Source: Pseudomonadales bacterium (GTDB lineage Bacteria; Pseudomonadota; Gammaproteobacteria; Pseudomonadales; Azotimanducaceae). From it: a DNA stretch of 64,000 nt. Positions 27,723-36,805 of the stretch are shown here, piece by piece. A program made the translations under genes and the position numbers. Below the pieces are notes generated by a model. That model searched no databases and was not told the origin of the DNA. It was given only the letters and a program-made list of their open reading frames with translations. The stretch's first letter is position 1. Every line of letters begins with the position of its first letter. Where the stretch lies: the NCBI GenBank assembly GCA_965208525.1, contig OZ242340.1, forward strand, positions 2,711,737-2,775,736, read 5' to 3'.

Positions 27723-28751
27723 TTGCGAATCGGCTTGATGGGGCTTGGACATGTGGGGCGCCAGATCTACGGCTTGGCCCTGGGCCAGCCCGACTGCGAG
27801 GTGGTGGCGGTTTCGGACATCGGCCAGCCGGGAATCCTCCACCACCTGCTGGCGAAGACGCTGCCGAAGGGCACGTCGGTACGTCTTGTCGGGAACTACC
27901 TCGAAGGCAAGGTCGATGGCAATGCGGACCCGGTTGCCCAGACCCGCCTGATGGCGGCAGAACGGCCGGAGGAGATCCCCTGGGACCTGCTTGGTGTCGA
28001 CCTCGTGATCGACGCCACGGGCCGCTTCCGCTCCGCCGAGGAACTCGCGCCCCATCTAGACAACGGCGCTCGCCGGGTTTTGGTCTCCAGCCTCCCGGAG
28101 GGCGACGTGGATCGGGTGGTGCTGAGTGGCGTGAACGATGGCGACGCGAAGAGTGCGGATCGCATCGTCTCTGCCGGCTCCGCGTCCACCACTGCGCTCG
28201 CGCTTGCTCTCAAGGTACTGGTGGACGAGCGCCCCATCGTCCATGCCACGATGACATCGGTGCATGCCTACACCGGCGACATGAGCCTGCAGGACCATGC
28301 GGCGAGCGACTACCGACGCAGTCGCTCCGGAGCGCGCAACATCATCCCCAACGACACGCTTGCCCCGGCTTGGGTGGAGCGCGCCCTACCCGCCGTGCGC
28401 GGCAGGTTAAGCGGATTCGCGCTGAACGTGCCGGTGGGCGAGGGCTCCCTGATGGATCTCACGGTGGCCTATCGGGAGCCCGCGCCGGAGCGGGATGTCG
28501 TCAACGGCCTCTTTGCCGCCGCGGCCCAGAGAGACCCGCGCCGCCTCGCCGTCACGGACGATCCCGTCGTCTCGTCGGATGTTCTCGGCAGCGCTGAGTC
28601 GATCTTGGTGGACCTGCAAGGCACGCTCCGTTCGGGCGGCCGGCTGGTGAAGGTGCTCGGCTGGCACGAGAGCCTGGGCCATGCCCGCAGCATCCTGGAC
28701 TTGGCTCGCCTTTACGCCGGGCTCGACTCGGCTGCGGCGGCTTCGGGGTAG
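27723..28751 (+). CDS. GAPDH-like paralogue lacking the catalytic cysteine (SNASCTTN is replaced by SAGSASTT)
   Basis: Rossmann motif 'MRIGLMGLGHVGRQIY' and 'TSVHAYTGDMSLQD' are conserved. The active-site segment reads 'IVSAGSASTTALAL'. TTG start. Confidence 0.75.
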   Translation: MRIGLMGLGHVGRQIYGLALGQPDCEVVAVSDIGQPGILHHLLAKTLPKGTSVRLVGNYLEGKVDGNADPVAQTRLMAAERPEEIPWDLLGVDLVIDATGRFRSAEELAPHLDNGARRVLVSSLPEGDVDRVVLSGVNDGDAKSADRIVSAGSASTTALALALKVLVDERPIVHATMTSVHAYTGDMSLQDHAASDYRRSRSGARNIIPNDTLAPAWVERALPAVRGRLSGFALNVPVGEGSLMDLTVAYREPAPERDVVNGLFAAAAQRDPRRLAVTDDPVVSSDVLGSAESILVDLQGTLRSGGRLVKVLGWHESLGHARSILDLARLYAGLDSAAAASG

Positions 28752-28763
28752 GGGAGGGCAGTC

Positions 28764-29765
28764 GTGCGAGTGGCCATCAACGGTTTTGGGCGCATCGGTC
28801 GGGCCGTGTTCCGCATCGCCGAGCGGCAAAGCGATGTCGAGGTGGTAGCGATCAACGATCTCTTCGACCACGACATGCTGGCTTACTTGCTGACCTACGA
28901 CACCGTGATGGGGCGCTTCGACGGCGGCGTGGAAATCACGGACGGCGAACTGGTGACGCCGCACGGCCGCGCCCGCATGGTGAGCGAAGCCGATCCGTTG
29001 CGCCTGCCTTGGGGCGAGTTGGAGGTGGATGCGGTGGTGGAATCCACCGGCGTCTTCCGCAAGCGCGAGCAGATCGCAAGGCATCTCGATGCGGGTGCCC
29101 GCCGCGTCCTGCTTACCGTGCCGGCAGGCGACCCCATCGACTACACGGTGGTGCTTGGCGTCAACGACGAAGGCTTGCTGCCCGAACATCGTCTGGTCTC
29201 CAACGCGAGCTGCACCACGAACTGTCTCGCCCCCGTGGCGCGGGTGCTCCACGACGCCTTCGGCATTCGCGAAGGCGTCATCAACACGGTGCACGCCTAC
29301 ACCAACGACCAGAGCCTCGCCGACGTGCCGCATTCGGACTGGCGACGCAGCCGAGCGGCGGCGGAGAACATCATCCCCACCTCCACGGGCGCGGCGCGTG
29401 CCGTGGGCGAAGTGCTGCCGGAACTCAAGGGCAAGCTCGACGGCATCGCCTCCCGCGTGCCGGTGCCGGACGGCTCGGTGGTGGACCTGTTCGCCGAACT
29501 CGAAACGGAAACCAGCATGGACGAGATCCACGACGCCGTGCGAGCCGCAGCCGATTCACCCCGAATGCAAGGCGTGCTGTCGTTCACGGACGAACCCGTG
29601 GTGTCCTCCGACGTCATCGGCAATCCCCACTCCTCCATCTACGACGCCTCCTTCACCCAGGTGAGCGAAGGCCGCTTCCTCAAGGCGCTTGCCTGGTACG
29701 ACAACGAATGGGGCTACTCCAACCGCGTCTGCGACGTGCTGCGCCTGATGGCGAATTTCGACTAA
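28764..29765 (+). CDS. gapA: Glyceraldehyde-3-phosphate dehydrogenase (type I)
   Basis: 'MRVAINGFGRIGRAVF', 'SNASCTTNCLAP', 'TVHAYTNDQ' and 'WYDNEWGYS' are all canonical. Confidence 0.93.
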   Translation: MRVAINGFGRIGRAVFRIAERQSDVEVVAINDLFDHDMLAYLLTYDTVMGRFDGGVEITDGELVTPHGRARMVSEADPLRLPWGELEVDAVVESTGVFRKREQIARHLDAGARRVLLTVPAGDPIDYTVVLGVNDEGLLPEHRLVSNASCTTNCLAPVARVLHDAFGIREGVINTVHAYTNDQSLADVPHSDWRRSRAAAENIIPTSTGAARAVGEVLPELKGKLDGIASRVPVPDGSVVDLFAELETETSMDEIHDAVRAAADSPRMQGVLSFTDEPVVSSDVIGNPHSSIYDASFTQVSEGRFLKALAWYDNEWGYSNRVCDVLRLMANFD

Positions 29766-29928
29766 AGCCGGCCCTGCGCCGCTCGGGGAAGGCAAAATGC
29801 CGCCCGTGGAGGGCATTCGCAGGTCGATTGCGTACGTCGAAGGGGCCCCTTCTTGGAAGAGCATCTCGCGCTCGATGCGAGCGGCGGTGCCGGCCAATGG
29901 TGGGTTGGGTGTTAAGGGCAACGTAGCT

Positions 29929-30537
29929 GTGCCAGGAAACGTGATCGTGCTCGACGCGATGGGGGTGATATATCGCGCCCGGGATGATGTGGCGGAGCTC
30001 CTCGTCCCGTTCGTGCAGCGGCATCGCCCGTCCGTTCCCGCCAGTGAAGTGACGGCGCGTTATACGGAGGCGAGCCTCGGCCGGATCGACGCAGACGCGT
30101 TCTGGAGGTCGCTCGGCTTGCCCCCTGGCGTCGAGGACGACTACCTGTCTGCCCACCGTCTCACCGACGGCGTGCTCGACTTCCTTGCGCTGACACGAGA
30201 CTCGGACATCGACGTGTGGTGCCTGTCGAACGACGTGTCGCGGTGGTCGATCAAGCTCCGCGAGCGCTTCGGACTAGACGGTATCTTCTCGGGCTTTGTC
30301 ATCAGCGGCGACATCGGCCACCGCAAGCCATCCACCGCAGCATACCGCTTCCTCCTGGACCGCCTCGGTACGACACCGCAGCTATTCGTCGACGACCGGC
30401 CCCGCAACGTCGCCGCCGCCCGCAACTTGGACATTCCCTCGGTGTGCTTTGGCCCGGGCTGCGGCGAAACCGACTGCGTGGCAGACTTCGCGGAACTGGC
30501 ACGGTCACGGAGGAGCATGTGGCGTCGTCGCGCTTGA
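29929..30537 (+). CDS. HAD-superfamily hydrolase
   Basis: 'VIVLDAMGVIY' (motif I) and 'FVISGDIGHRKP ... LFVDD' (motifs III/IV). The ORF track starts at 29797, but that gives 50 aa before motif I; the GTG at ~29929 is more typical. Confidence 0.6.
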   Translation: MPGNVIVLDAMGVIYRARDDVAELLVPFVQRHRPSVPASEVTARYTEASLGRIDADAFWRSLGLPPGVEDDYLSAHRLTDGVLDFLALTRDSDIDVWCLSNDVSRWSIKLRERFGLDGIFSGFVISGDIGHRKPSTAAYRFLLDRLGTTPQLFVDDRPRNVAAARNLDIPSVCFGPGCGETDCVADFAELARSRRSMWRRRA

Positions 30538-30660
30538 CCGGCATTCCGCAGTTGCCCTTCTGCGGCCCATCGGCGCAGGTGGGCGACGGACGCTTCCTCA
30601 AGGCTCCCTTGGCAGAATGCATGTCAAAGCTTGGTTTGCAGCCTGCGGAGGCGTCAAGGC

Positions 30661-31296
30661 ATGGGTGAGTGGCTTGAAGGATTGAGCGCCTTGCAGCAGA
30701 CGCTTCTGGGCGTTGCTGGCTTCTCGACGGGGGTCTATGCGATCCAGACCCTCCTGACGCTTACGGGCGTGCTTGGCGATGCCGATGGCGGCGATGCAGG
30801 AGCAGATGGTGACGGCATCTCCTTCGGCGACCTGTTCACGGTCCGCAATGGCGTCTCCTTTCTCATGGGCTTCTCCTGGGGCGCGCTCATGGCCACCGGC
30901 TGGGGCGTTGCCAATGCGTTTCTGCTGGTCGTGGTGGGGCTGTTCGGCGGCTCGGCCTTCGTCGGGCTCAACCTCGGGTTGCTCGCATTGATGGCGATGC
31001 TCGAGAGTCGCGGCAACGTGGACACGGCGTCAGCGTCCGGTGCTGACGCCACCGTGACCCTGACTGTGCCGGCGTCGCGTCGCGGGGTCGGCAAGGTGAC
31101 CGTAGCGGTGTCGGGTAGGTTGATGGAGTACCACGCCGTCACGGACGACGGCGCGCCGCTTGATCGGGGCTCATCGGTTGTTGTGCGCGAGGTTTCCGGC
31201 AACCAGTTGGTGGTGGGGAGCCGCGTCCCCGGGCAGGAACTCCCGGCAGGGGAAAGCGGCCAGAAGCCGGCAATCGAAACTGGAACGGAGCGTTAG
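30661..31296 (+). CDS. nfeD: NfeD-family membrane protein (short form, OB-fold C-terminus)
   Basis: N-terminal TM helices plus C-terminal 'GKVTVAVSGRLMEYHAVTDDGAPLDRGSSVVVREVSGNQLVV'. Immediately upstream of the flotillin gene. Confidence 0.7.
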   Translation: MGEWLEGLSALQQTLLGVAGFSTGVYAIQTLLTLTGVLGDADGGDAGADGDGISFGDLFTVRNGVSFLMGFSWGALMATGWGVANAFLLVVVGLFGGSAFVGLNLGLLALMAMLESRGNVDTASASGADATVTLTVPASRRGVGKVTVAVSGRLMEYHAVTDDGAPLDRGSSVVVREVSGNQLVVGSRVPGQELPAGESGQKPAIETGTER

Positions 31297-31300
31297 CGTC

Positions 31301-32701
31301 ATGGACTTCACCGTCATATTCGTCGCCGTGCTGGCGATCGTCCTGGTCGTTGCGATCATCGCTGCGGCATCGCGCATCAAGACCTGTCCGTCCGACCAGG
31401 TCCTCGTCAAGTACGGGCAAGTAGGCGGGGACCGCATGGCCAAGGCCATCCACGGCGGCACGACCTTCGTCTGGCCGGTGGTACAAGGCTTCCGCTTCCT
31501 GGACCTCACGCCCATGACCGTGGACATTGACCTGCGCGGTGCCCTCTCGAAGCAGAACATCCGCGTCAACGTCCCGTCGCGCTTCACCTTCGGCATCGGC
31601 ACCGTCGAAGAGCTCATGAACAACGCCGCCGAACGGCTGCTCTCCCTCGACAATCCGCAGATCGAGGACACCGCGAAGGACATCATCTACGGCCAGTTGC
31701 GCGCCACCATTGCCATGATGGACATCGAGGAGATTAACGGCGATCGCGAGAAGTTCGAGTCTCGGGTGCTCGAGAACATCGAGTCGGAGCTGATGAAGAT
31801 TGGCCTCCGGCTCATCAACGTCAACATCTCGGACATCACCGACGAGTCGGGCTACATCGAGGCGCTCGGTCAGCGAGCCGCGGCCGAGGCCATCAACAAG
31901 GCCAAGGTGGACGTGGCGCAGCAGGAGCGCGACGGTGCCGTGGGGTCTGCGGAAGCGGAGCAAGAGCAACGCGTGCGGGTTGCGGAAGCGAACGCCCGAG
32001 CGGTGGCCGGCGAGAATGATGCCAAGGCGGTGGAGGCGTCGTCGCAAGCCGATCTGCGGGAAGCCGAGGCGGAAGCGCGCCGGCGAGGCGATGCCGCCGA
32101 GGCAGTCAAGCACGCCGCCGCCGAGCAGGAGGGCTACAGCGCCGAGCGCGAGGCGGAAGTCGCCCGCGCCGAACGCGATCGAGCGCGGGAGTTTGCCAAC
32201 ATCGTCGTACCGGCGGAGATCGAGCGGGACCGGATCCGCACGGAGGCGGAAGGCGAGAAGCAGCGCGAAGTGCTCGCCGGCGAAGCGGAAGGCGAGGCCG
32301 TCCGTGCCAAGCTTGCCGGCGAGGCCGAGGGCCGCATGGAAGTCCTGACCAAGATGGCCGAGGGCTTCCGCGAGATCGTCGAAGCAGCCGGTGCCGACCC
32401 GGACAAGGCCGCGCGACTCATGATTGTCGACAAGATCGAGGACATCGCAGCCGCTCAAGCGAGCGCCATCAGCAACATCGCGTTCGACAAGGTGGTGGTG
32501 TACGACAGCGGCAAAGGCAACGCGGTCGGCAACTTCCTCGGCGGCCTGACCCAGGCCCTGCCGCCGTTCCACGAGGTTGCCAAGATGGCCGGTGTGGAAC
32601 TGCCGGAGTACTTGGGGCGGATGGCGCAGGTGGCGAACGTGGGCCAGGATGCGGCAGCGTCGCCGCCTGCGGATGCGGACGCGGAGACAGAGAACGAGTA
32701 G
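31301..32701 (+). CDS. floT: Flotillin-like SPFH/band-7 protein
   Basis: N-terminal TM helix, SPFH domain and a long coiled-coil E/A/R-rich region. Confidence 0.8.
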   Translation: MDFTVIFVAVLAIVLVVAIIAAASRIKTCPSDQVLVKYGQVGGDRMAKAIHGGTTFVWPVVQGFRFLDLTPMTVDIDLRGALSKQNIRVNVPSRFTFGIGTVEELMNNAAERLLSLDNPQIEDTAKDIIYGQLRATIAMMDIEEINGDREKFESRVLENIESELMKIGLRLINVNISDITDESGYIEALGQRAAAEAINKAKVDVAQQERDGAVGSAEAEQEQRVRVAEANARAVAGENDAKAVEASSQADLREAEAEARRRGDAAEAVKHAAAEQEGYSAEREAEVARAERDRAREFANIVVPAEIERDRIRTEAEGEKQREVLAGEAEGEAVRAKLAGEAEGRMEVLTKMAEGFREIVEAAGADPDKAARLMIVDKIEDIAAAQASAISNIAFDKVVVYDSGKGNAVGNFLGGLTQALPPFHEVAKMAGVELPEYLGRMAQVANVGQDAAASPPADADAETENE

Positions 32702-32806
32702 GCGACCGCTCCCGCGATCAGCCGCATGTTCGAAGCCGTAGCGCGGGAAAGGACCTCCGTCCCACGGCGTTACCATGCCGCCATTCGAGGTGGAAAGGCA
32801 GCGCGG

Positions 32807-33598
32807 ATGTCGGACTCGTTCTACGAGGAGCTCTTTGGCGTGCGGGGAAAGGTGGCGTTGGTCACTGGGGGCACGCGGGGCATTGGACTCATGATTGCGG
32901 AGGGGCTGGTGCGGGCCGGGGCGCGGGTCTATGTCGCGTCGCGGAAGGTGGATGCCTGCGTCGAGACCGAGCGTGCCTTGGGACAGTTTGGCCACTGCAC
33001 GGCGATTCCGAGCGACATCGGCAATGTGGCCGGTTGCGAGTTGCTGGCAGGTGAAATCGGTTCGCGAGAGGAGCGATTGCACATCCTGGTCAACAACGCC
33101 GGGTTGACTTGGAGCCTGCCGATTGACGACTTCACCGAGAAGGCTTGGGATCGGGTTGTGGACCTGGATGTCAAAAGCCCGTTCTTCCTCACGCAGAAGC
33201 TCTTGCCGCTGCTTCGGGCTGCGGCAACGCCGGACGAGCGGGCTTCCGTCGTCAACATCACGTCCGTGAACGGCATCAAGCCGAGTGGGCTCATGAACTA
33301 CTCGTACGTCGCCGCCAAGGCGGGGCTAGGGCAGCTTTCGGCGCAGATGGCGCGGGACTTGATGGACGATCACATCAACGTCAACGTCATTGCGCCCGGT
33401 CCGTTCAAGTCGAAGATGACTGCGCCACTTTTCGCCACCGACGAGATGGATCGGCAGATGATCGAGAGTTTTGCGATGAAGCGCTGGGGACGGATGGAGG
33501 ACGCTGCGGGGTTGACGATCTTCCTTTCGTCGCGGGCTGGCTCCTATCTCACAGGCGTCACGCTGCCTTGTGACGGGGGCGCCACGACCATTGGCTGA
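32807..33598 (+). CDS. Short-chain dehydrogenase/reductase (SDR)
   Basis: 'ALVTGGTRGIG' (TGxxxGxG), 'NNAG' and the 'YVAAK' catalytic Y-x-x-x-K. Confidence 0.85.
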   Translation: MSDSFYEELFGVRGKVALVTGGTRGIGLMIAEGLVRAGARVYVASRKVDACVETERALGQFGHCTAIPSDIGNVAGCELLAGEIGSREERLHILVNNAGLTWSLPIDDFTEKAWDRVVDLDVKSPFFLTQKLLPLLRAAATPDERASVVNITSVNGIKPSGLMNYSYVAAKAGLGQLSAQMARDLMDDHINVNVIAPGPFKSKMTAPLFATDEMDRQMIESFAMKRWGRMEDAAGLTIFLSSRAGSYLTGVTLPCDGGATTIG

Positions 33599-34763
33599 CG
33601 ATATCCGTCCTGAAGTTCCGCGTAAGCGGAACCTCCAACCTGCCCGAGGGGCACGCCACGACAGCGCCATTCCGCTGTGGTCGGATGGCGCACCGGGGGC
33701 GCTCGGTGATGGCGACTTGGATCGTCCGCAGATCACGGTGCACCTGCCGGATCGGCATGCCACAGGGGTTGGCGTCATCGTCAACCCTGGCGGCGGCTAT
33801 CGCATCCTTGCCTCGGATTGGGAGGGCTTGCAGGTCGCACGCTGGTTGAACCGGGCCGGCATTGCGGCGTTTGTGCTGCGCTATCGCGTCGGCGAGCGCT
33901 ATCACTCGGACGTTTCCCTGCTCGACGGGCTGCGCGCCGTTCGGCTGGTGCGGGCGCAGGCGGAGGATTTTGGCATCGCCCCCAACCGCATCGGGATGCT
34001 CGGTTTCTCCGCCGGCGGGCACCTGACGGTGGCCGTCGGAACGGCGTGGGACGATGGCGATCCAAGTGCCGAGGATGCGGTGGAGCGTGAATCGAGCAGG
34101 CCGGACTTCCTCGCGCCGGTCTATGCGGTGACCGACGGCATCCAGCGCGGCCGCAAGGCGAACGAGTACACGCCGACGCCCGACCGGGTAAACGCCCACA
34201 CGCCTCCGACCTTCCTCGTGCACACCCACGAAGACGCGATCGTGCCAGGCACGCAGTCCACGCTGTTCTACGACGCCTTGCTGCGGGCCGGTGTGGCGGC
34301 CGAGATGCACATCTACGGCTTTGGCGAGCACGGCACCGGGCTTGGCGTTGGCGATCCGGATTTCCGCGCCTGGCCGCGCCTGTTCACAAACTGGCTCCGA
34401 CGAGGCGGTTTCCTTACCGCTGCAGAGCGGGTCGGCGTGCGCGGCCGAGTCACTTTGGACGGCAAGGCGATGGGCATGGCGTGGATCACCCTCACGCCGG
34501 AAGACCCGCACTCGCCTCCGGCACGAGTGCGAACGTCCCGAGGCGAGGACGGCGCGTTCGAGATTCCGGCGAGCCACGGCATCGTGCCGGGGCCGCATCG
34601 CGTAGAGGTGTTCCACGTCAGCGAGCAGCACCCCCACGTGGCCACAGGCATCTACACGCTGGCCGACGCCAGCCGCTTCGATCTTGGCGTGCGGCGGATT
34701 GGTGCCGATCCGGTGCAAATCGACGTTGCGGGGGCGGACGCGCTGCCCGTCCTCGACGCCTGA
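33570..34763 (+). CDS. Alpha/beta-hydrolase (esterase) with C-terminal carboxypeptidase-regulatory-like beta-sandwich domain
   Basis: 'GFSAGGH' nucleophile elbow and 'HTHEDAIVP'. The tail is 'GRVTLDGKAMGMAWITL...'. Start uncertain because it overlaps the SDR gene's end. Confidence 0.6.
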   Translation: MTGAPRPLADDIRPEVPRKRNLQPARGARHDSAIPLWSDGAPGALGDGDLDRPQITVHLPDRHATGVGVIVNPGGGYRILASDWEGLQVARWLNRAGIAAFVLRYRVGERYHSDVSLLDGLRAVRLVRAQAEDFGIAPNRIGMLGFSAGGHLTVAVGTAWDDGDPSAEDAVERESSRPDFLAPVYAVTDGIQRGRKANEYTPTPDRVNAHTPPTFLVHTHEDAIVPGTQSTLFYDALLRAGVAAEMHIYGFGEHGTGLGVGDPDFRAWPRLFTNWLRRGGFLTAAERVGVRGRVTLDGKAMGMAWITLTPEDPHSPPARVRTSRGEDGAFEIPASHGIVPGPHRVEVFHVSEQHPHVATGIYTLADASRFDLGVRRIGADPVQIDVAGADALPVLDA

Positions 34764-34768
34764 CCAAC

Positions 34769-35821
34769 GTGGATCCGATCAGTCAAGGTGCAGTTGGCGC
34801 GGCGACGGCAAAGGGGCTTTTGCCACGCTCGCTGCTGCAGCCGGCGAACCTGCGCGTAGCGGCGTTGCTCGGCTGTCTCGCCGGCATGGCGCCGGACCTC
34901 GATGTCTTCATCTCATCGCCTACGGATTCGCTGCTGTTCCTGGAGTATCACCGGCAGTTCACCCATGCGCTGGTGTTTGTCCCCGTTGGGGCGGCGATCG
35001 TGGCTGCCGCCGCCTATCCGTTCGTGCGGCGGCGGCTGTCGTTTGGGGTGGCCTGGCTTGTTTGCTTGGTGGGCTATGGTTCCCACGGGCTGCTTGACGC
35101 CTGCACTTCCTATGGAACGCAGCTCTTCTGGCCCTTCTCCAACCACCGGGTGGCGTGGAACAACGTGGCCGTGGTGGATCCGTTCTTCACCGTGCCGCTG
35201 CTGGTAATGCTGGGCATCGGGGTGGTGCGGCGCAACCGGCGCTTTACGGTGGCTGGCTTGGTATGGGGGCTCGCGTATCTCGGCGCCGGCGTGGTGCAGA
35301 ACCAGCGCGCGGAAGCGACCGGTCGCGAACTGGCCGCCATGCGTGGCCACGAACCGCAGCGTCTTGGCGCGAAGCCTGGTTTCGCCAACCTTCTGGTGTG
35401 GAAGGTGGTGTACGAGCACGATGGACGCTACTACATCGACGCGGTGCGGACGGGATGGAAGAGCACCGTCTGTCCCGGTTCGAGCGTGCCGGTGCTGGAC
35501 ATCGCGGAACACCTGCCGTGGGTCGATCGAGCCAGCCAGCAGGCGCGGGACATCGAGCGCTTTCGGTGGTTCTCGTCGGATTATCTGACGCCAGACCCCA
35601 TGCATCCCAACCGCGTGATTGACGCCCGCTACTCCCTCGTGCCGAACCGCATCGATCCGCTGTGGGGGATTGAGCTCTCGCCCGATGCGCCGGCGAATCG
35701 GCATGTCCTCTTCGTGGCGGACCGTGCCGCAGATGCAGAGGAGTTCGCAGCTCTCGGCGCGCTCTTCTCCGGCGAGGGATGCCACGGCGTAGAATCCGCC
35801 GCTTTCGCCCAGGGCCGGTGA
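34769..35821 (+). CDS. Membrane-bound metal-dependent hydrolase (YdjM/DUF457-like)
   Basis: Multiple TM segments plus 'YHRQFTHALVF' and 'GYGSHGLLDACTSYGTQLFWPFS'. GTG start just after the upstream stop. Confidence 0.55.
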   Translation: MDPISQGAVGAATAKGLLPRSLLQPANLRVAALLGCLAGMAPDLDVFISSPTDSLLFLEYHRQFTHALVFVPVGAAIVAAAAYPFVRRRLSFGVAWLVCLVGYGSHGLLDACTSYGTQLFWPFSNHRVAWNNVAVVDPFFTVPLLVMLGIGVVRRNRRFTVAGLVWGLAYLGAGVVQNQRAEATGRELAAMRGHEPQRLGAKPGFANLLVWKVVYEHDGRYYIDAVRTGWKSTVCPGSSVPVLDIAEHLPWVDRASQQARDIERFRWFSSDYLTPDPMHPNRVIDARYSLVPNRIDPLWGIELSPDAPANRHVLFVADRAADAEEFAALGALFSGEGCHGVESAAFAQGR

Positions 35822-35848
35822 GGACACTGTGGGCGCAGGAGGACAGGC

Positions 35849-36676
35849 ATGAAGATAGGCGTCTCGCTCCCCATTCGAGAACTCAAGGACGACATCGGCG
35901 CGTTGGTGGCATTCGCGCAAGCGGCTGACGAGCTTGGCTATTCCCACCTACGGGTGCCGGATCAGGTGCTGCGCCCGAACAGCGGGCATCTGCACGAGCC
36001 GCTGATCGCCTTGGCCTATATCGCTGCGGCAACGAAGAACATTGAGCTCTGCCCTTCGGTGATCGTGGCGCCGGCGCGGCAGACGGTGCTGCTAGCCAAA
36101 CAGCTCGCAACGCTGGATGCCATGAGCGGCGGGCGGGTGCGGCTTGGCATTGGCGTCGGCGGAAGCGCGCCGGAGTACGAGGCTCTCGGCGAGGATTTCC
36201 ACACGCGCGGCCGGCGCTGTGAAGAGCAGATCGACCTCCTGCGCCGTCTGTGGACGGAAGAGACGGTGGATTTCGAGGGACGCTGGGACGCGGTGCATGG
36301 CGCGGGCCTCGATCCGCTCCCCGTCCAGAGGCCCATTCCCATCTGGATCGGTGCCGCCGGCGTGCCTGTGCCACGCATCCTGCGCCGCATGGGCCGGCAA
36401 GCGGACGGTTGGTTCGTGCTTTGTTCGCCGGAACAGTTTGATGACGTGAAGGCGGGGATCGACGCCGCTGCGGTGGATGCGGGCCGAGACCCAAGCGAAG
36501 TCGGCACGGAAGCTGGCGTCGCGGTGGTGGGTGCGCGCGAGGCGGAGTGGAAGGACCGCGTTCAGGGTTGGCAAGCGAAAGGCGTGGGCCGCATCTGCCT
36601 AAGGACGCTAGGCGGTGGCCTGGACGCCGACGGCCACATCGCCAAGCTGAAAGAGGCCTGGCAAGAAAAGCCATAG
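35849..36676 (+). CDS. LLM-class (luciferase-like) flavin/F420-dependent oxidoreductase
   Basis: 'MKIGVSLPIRELKDDIGALVAFAQAADELGYSHLRVPDQ' is the typical LLM N-terminus; also 'RVRLGIGVGGSAPEYEALG'. Confidence 0.75.
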   Translation: MKIGVSLPIRELKDDIGALVAFAQAADELGYSHLRVPDQVLRPNSGHLHEPLIALAYIAAATKNIELCPSVIVAPARQTVLLAKQLATLDAMSGGRVRLGIGVGGSAPEYEALGEDFHTRGRRCEEQIDLLRRLWTEETVDFEGRWDAVHGAGLDPLPVQRPIPIWIGAAGVPVPRILRRMGRQADGWFVLCSPEQFDDVKAGIDAAAVDAGRDPSEVGTEAGVAVVGAREAEWKDRVQGWQAKGVGRICLRTLGGGLDADGHIAKLKEAWQEKP

Positions 36677-36805
36677 CCCCGGCGACCATGGCTGGCGCCT
36701 AGACGCTGCCTGCCGAGGATGTTGAGGACGCCTGTTCGGTGCGGGTGATGGCGTGAAGGGCCGGCGCGCTGAAGCGGTGCGGATTGAGGGAAGGGAAGGG
36801 GCAAG

